Both the position numbers and the translations under genes were made by a program. The notes under the pieces were generated by a model, which saw only the letters and a list, made by a program, of their open reading frames with translations, was not told the DNA's origin and did no database searches. Positions 60,189 to 64,000 of a DNA stretch of 64,000 bases are shown piece by piece; the first letter of the stretch is position 1; every line of letters starts with the position of its first letter. This DNA is from a virus, in IMG/VR virus record IMGVR_UViG_3300021091_000014, positions 32,001-96,000 of that record; one strand, written 5' to 3'.

Positions 60189-60196
60189 TATAAATA
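60189..60196 (+). promoter_or_regulatory. T4-type late promoter TATAAATA
   Basis: Exact consensus in an AT-rich intergenic region before structural genes. Confidence 0.7.
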
Positions 60197-60219
60197 CTAA
60201 TAATAATATTTAAGCGGCT

Positions 60220-60543
60220 ATGGCTACTAAAGTAAACTTTTTAATAGATCAAGGTACCACGTTTGAAACGTCGATTAACCTAAATGATGATGACGGTAAC
60301 CCTATTGATTTAACCGGGTTCACTGTTGCCGGTCAGTTGAGAAAGCATTATACATCATCTAATTATATTCAGTTTAATGCTAATTTAGCGCTCGGTGAAT
60401 TAAACCTAGCATTATCCGCTAATACAACTGATGCGTTAACTCCTGGTAGATATGTTTATGATGTAGAATTAACAGATACTAATGGATTAATAACAAGGTT
60501 GTTAGAAGGTATTATTACTGTAACTCCGCAGGTAACGAGATAG
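60220..60543 (+). CDS. Small Ig-like virion protein (BppU N-terminal-like adaptor)
   Basis: IDQG.TF, DLTG, L.L.A..T..L..GRYVYDV, R.LEG...V.P. Confidence 0.7.
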   Translation: MATKVNFLIDQGTTFETSINLNDDDGNPIDLTGFTVAGQLRKHYTSSNYIQFNANLALGELNLALSANTTDALTPGRYVYDVELTDTNGLITRLLEGIITVTPQVTR

Positions 60544-60547
60544 AACA

Positions 60548-60811
60548 ATGCCAATTAATCAGTCAGCTCTTTCGTTAAACGTAAGGTTAAATCTTGCTAA
60601 CACAAAAATTACTACTACCCCTGCGCAGCCAGTAACGTTAAAATCGCAATTTAAAACAATAAGTACACTTAATGAATTGACAGACGTTGTGGAAACGGCG
60701 CCAGAATCTGGCCAGACGTTAGTTTACGATGCTACAGTTGATAAATATATAGTAAAGAAACTTACAACAGCAGACTTAGACTTAACGTCCTTGGACGGGG
60801 GAACCTTTTAA
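60548..60811 (+). CDS. Small fibre-associated protein ending LDGGTF
   Basis: LNELTDV...GQTLVYD fibre motif. Confidence 0.65.
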   Translation: MPINQSALSLNVRLNLANTKITTTPAQPVTLKSQFKTISTLNELTDVVETAPESGQTLVYDATVDKYIVKKLTTADLDLTSLDGGTF

Positions 60812-62824
60812 ATGTCAGAGACCATACTCCAAATTAAACGCAGTACCACAACATCAGTACCTGCAAATCTACAACCCGGAGAATTAGCATATACCAGTAA
60901 CGGACAAGTTCTATTTGTTGGAAGTCCGGAAGGGTCTAATACTGCTAACGTTATAGCTATTGCCGGGGAAAGATTTCCCGGAGTCTTAACTGCTAATCAA
61001 GCGTTAGTCTCTAATACCTCAGCCTGGATTGACAATATTCAAACAGCCAAGTTAATACTTGGACCTGTAGGAACATCAACAAACGTAACCTCTATTGTAA
61101 CGGATAGCTCTCTAGCAAGCGTTTCAAATAATACATTAGCAACTGCCTGGGCTGTTAAAACCTATATTGATACACAGGCCGGCTCTTCTACACTCGGCGG
61201 TCTTTCTGATGTAACAATAACCTCTGCTGGCAATAATCAAATATTAGTATACGATGCAATTAGTGGCCAGTGGGAAAATCATTCAATTTCTGGAACTGCA
61301 AATGAAGTAGAAGTTACATTTGATGGACAAGACATAACAGTTGGACTGCCTGATGCTGTAACAGTAACATCATCTATTACTGTTGGTACCGTTGGAATAA
61401 ATGGATCATCTTTCCATGTTGGTAACAGCACTGTTAACACATTTATCAATTCTACAGCGGTAGCAATTGACGGGGTATTCTCAGCTGGCAATACAACAAT
61501 TAATGGATCAGCAACCATTACTGGTGAGTTGATTTTAGGTTCTAACCTCAGCGTTAATACTACTCATATCTCTGTCGGTAACAGCACGGTTAATACAACC
61601 ATTAACGCTGTTAGTATTGATACAGATGGTATTTTAAATGTAGAAGGCACTGCAAGACTCGGTAACACAACGATTGTAGGCTGGGCTAATGTTTCAGATA
61701 CAATAGCTGTAGGTGCAAACGTTGTTGTTAATACAGCAGGAATTTCAATTGGAAATTCTACAGTTAACGCACAAATTTATTCTGCTAACGTTAATTTAAA
61801 CGGTACGCGTTTACACGTTGGTGATGCAACAAACAATACTGTAATTACTGGGGTAGGAATAACTGCCACCGGCAACGTTAATATCACCGGATCAGCTAAC
61901 GTCGGATCTCATATTCACGTTGGTTCGAACCTACAGATTAATACGTCGACAATTACTTTAGGCAACTCTTCAGTTAACACGACGATTACATCCTCGTTTA
62001 TAACTGTCAACACAGTATCTACTTCTAACGTATATGTTACCGGTAATGCTCAAATAACTGGCGATTTAAGAGCAGATAATGATGTAAGACTAGGTTCAAA
62101 CCATACAGATGCAATTTCAATTCTTGGAGCTGTTAATACTAGTGTTGTTCCATTCAGTAATACCACATACGACTTAGGTAGTGCAACTCAGCAATGGGCT
62201 AATGTATACGGTAATAATATTATCGGGATGTATGGCACGTTCCATAACGATGTAAGCATTAGTGGAAACCTTACAGTCACTGGTTCTTTAGTAACAATTA
62301 ACGTTTCAACATTATCAATCGTTGACCCGTTAATTCAACTTGCATCTAATAATACTGTAAGTGATGCTATCGACATTGGTTTCTTTGGCTCGTTTAACGT
62401 AGGTGGTGGCAATCACGAACACGCCGGTTTATTCCGTGATGCTACTGACGGCAAATTTAAATTATTTACTAATTTAGAGCCATCGCCAACTACCACAGTT
62501 GACACATCAAATAACACCTACACTGTTGCTACGTTAAATGCATTCTTAGAGTCAGGTGCATTTATATCTAATAGCTCAGGTGTTACAATTACTGCAAACT
62601 CTTCCTCTGCAGTTAATATAACAGCTAACTCATTAAGTTTAAGCACCGCGCTAACAGTTCCAAATGGCGGTACAGGTCAAGCAACATTTACTAACAATGC
62701 TGTTCTATTAGGCAATACAGCCGGAGCATTGAAATCTGTTTCAAGCTCAACACAAGGGCACGTATTACAGATTAATGGCTCAGGCGTTCCTACATTCGCA
62801 ATGCTTGACGGAGGCACGTTCTGA
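60812..62824 (+). CDS. Tail fibre protein
   Basis: N-terminal IKRS...P..L..GELAY; LSDV...NQILVYD; repeated VGNSTVN; C-terminal LDGGTF. Confidence 0.75.
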   Translation: MSETILQIKRSTTTSVPANLQPGELAYTSNGQVLFVGSPEGSNTANVIAIAGERFPGVLTANQALVSNTSAWIDNIQTAKLILGPVGTSTNVTSIVTDSSLASVSNNTLATAWAVKTYIDTQAGSSTLGGLSDVTITSAGNNQILVYDAISGQWENHSISGTANEVEVTFDGQDITVGLPDAVTVTSSITVGTVGINGSSFHVGNSTVNTFINSTAVAIDGVFSAGNTTINGSATITGELILGSNLSVNTTHISVGNSTVNTTINAVSIDTDGILNVEGTARLGNTTIVGWANVSDTIAVGANVVVNTAGISIGNSTVNAQIYSANVNLNGTRLHVGDATNNTVITGVGITATGNVNITGSANVGSHIHVGSNLQINTSTITLGNSSVNTTITSSFITVNTVSTSNVYVTGNAQITGDLRADNDVRLGSNHTDAISILGAVNTSVVPFSNTTYDLGSATQQWANVYGNNIIGMYGTFHNDVSISGNLTVTGSLVTINVSTLSIVDPLIQLASNNTVSDAIDIGFFGSFNVGGGNHEHAGLFRDATDGKFKLFTNLEPSPTTTVDTSNNTYTVATLNAFLESGAFISNSSGVTITANSSSAVNITANSLSLSTALTVPNGGTGQATFTNNAVLLGNTAGALKSVSSSTQGHVLQINGSGVPTFAMLDGGTF

Positions 62825-62851
62825 TATTATAATTGAGTTTTAAGGATTGTA

Positions 62852-63052
62852 ATGGAAACTGAATTTATTAATGCTTTTATTGATAAGCAAAGAAAACTAA
62901 TAGAAGAGTTAGTTTCAAAAAATCTACTAGCAGAGGCAAAGATCACTATCTTAGAAAAAAAGGTAGCTGATCTTTCCTCCCAGGTAGAATCTCTATCATC
63001 AAAATCCAATAAAAAAGAGAATGTGAAGCATGACGAAAATACTGGTGATTAA
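62852..63052 (+). CDS. Small coiled-coil protein (possible fibre chaperone)
   Basis: AAGGA RBS, heptad pattern. Confidence 0.6.
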   Translation: METEFINAFIDKQRKLIEELVSKNLLAEAKITILEKKVADLSSQVESLSSKSNKKENVKHDENTGD

Positions 63053-64000
63053 TTTATCATCCAGACCTGATAGGCTTTCTTTTATGAATCAACAGCTTTC
63101 AGGTTTAGAGTGGGAGAGAATTGATGCTCTTAATGGATATAATCTAGGACTTAATGATTTTAAATCTCTCGGGTTTACACCCTATAGCCAATGGACTGAC
63201 CCACTTTTAGGTCGCAACCATACTAACACAGATATTGCTGCAATGATCTCCCATTACCGGGCATGGGAAAAATGTATCGAATATGACTGCCCGGTTTTAA
63301 TTTTAGAAGATGATGCTGAAAAAATTAATAAATTAGATTTAAATGAAATAGAAAATTTGCTTCAGACATATGATGTAGTGTATCTTGATCATAGAGAAAT
63401 GGTAGAAGAAAAAACTCAGTATATTGATAAAAACTTTTTTAAGCCATACTACCCTTACTGGAATAGCGCATATGCTATTTCACCAGCAACAGCTAGAAAA
63501 ATAGTAGAACTATCTAACTATAAAAATAATTTAATACCTGTAGATGAATTTTTTCCTAGCTTGTTTCTTGTTGATTATAATGAATACTGCCTATCAAAAA
63601 ATAAAAATGTAATTAATAATTTTAATAGTTTACAACGCATTTTTACCGAGCATTTTAGCTTATCACCAATAGCTTATAAGAATAAAGTATTTAAACAAAA
63701 ACCACGCAGTGAGCTTGGTTCTGATATTGAAAGAGGTATTTTAATGAACACAATTGAAAACTTGCACCTACTTACTGTTGCAACTGATATTACAAAACTA
63801 GGATACCTAAACAAGTCTGTTAATGAAATTGGAAATCAATTTGTTAATTTAGGACAAAATAAAATGTGGACCGGTGGTGACATGAGTAAGCCCGGCGGAG
63901 GAATGAAATTAAACCTGGTAAAAAATTATATTAAATTCCTGTCTGATAACGATATAATTTTATTTGTTGATGGATATGATGTCTTTATTAATGATGATAG
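63030..64000 (+). CDS. GT25 (COLGALT-like) glycosyltransferase fused to a PLOD/lysyl-hydroxylase-type GT domain, 3'-truncated (not in track)
   Basis: Open from ATG 63030 to the window end. First domain: VINLSSRPDR, DALNG, WTDPLLGR, SHYRAW, LILEDD, YPYWNSAYAIS, IPVDEFFP. Second domain: LLTVATD, NLG...WTGGDM..PGGGMK, IILFVDGYDV. Confidence 0.85.
   Translation, partial: MTKILVINLSSRPDRLSFMNQQLSGLEWERIDALNGYNLGLNDFKSLGFTPYSQWTDPLLGRNHTNTDIAAMISHYRAWEKCIEYDCPVLILEDDAEKINKLDLNEIENLLQTYDVVYLDHREMVEEKTQYIDKNFFKPYYPYWNSAYAISPATARKIVELSNYKNNLIPVDEFFPSLFLVDYNEYCLSKNKNVINNFNSLQRIFTEHFSLSPIAYKNKVFKQKPRSELGSDIERGILMNTIENLHLLTVATDITKLGYLNKSVNEIGNQFVNLGQNKMWTGGDMSKPGGGMKLNLVKNYIKFLSDNDIILFVDGYDVFINDD

Noticed and set aside
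60809-60814. Stop-codon readthrough at in-frame TAA-ATG junctions (also 5507-5512), or an alternative genetic code
   Set aside because: TAA is rarely read through, and all conserved genes are intact under the standard code

Overview
This window is part of an AT-rich, T4-like myovirus genome with no tRNAs, CRISPR arrays or mobile elements seen. The iscU sequence suggests a beta/gamma-proteobacterial host (inference). Layout: (1) 1-9.5 kb, collagen fibre and receptor-binding/accessory genes; (2) 9.5-31.5 kb, replication and nucleotide metabolism (gp61 primase, thyX, nrdA/B, dCMP deaminase, RuvC-like, RNase H, phoH, exonuclease, gp33, gp59, gp32), with a heptose/nucleotide-sugar cluster (cytidylyltransferase, GalE, GT4, HddA, GmhA) and a BI-1/IscU/ErpA cluster inserted; (3) 31.5-57 kb, tail and baseplate (tape-measure-like proteins, gp51/gp26, gp54, gp2, gp4, gp48, gp53, hub, gp5, gp25, gp6, gp7, gp8, a large VrlC-like protein); (4) 57-64 kb, further fibres. 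Three observations stand out. First, an ORF missing from the supplied track (63030 to the window end) fuses a COLGALT-like GT25 domain to a PLOD/lysyl-hydroxylase-type GT domain. It lies near Gly-X-Lys-rich collagen fibres and a 2OG-Fe(II) oxygenase, suggesting a phage collagen hydroxylation/glycosylation system. Second, a candidate -1 frameshift (T TTT TTT plus a downstream stem) joins gp26 to a gp51-like frame that has no good start. Third, the phage encodes a partial heptose pathway. All family assignments come from motif recognition by eye; no database searches were run.
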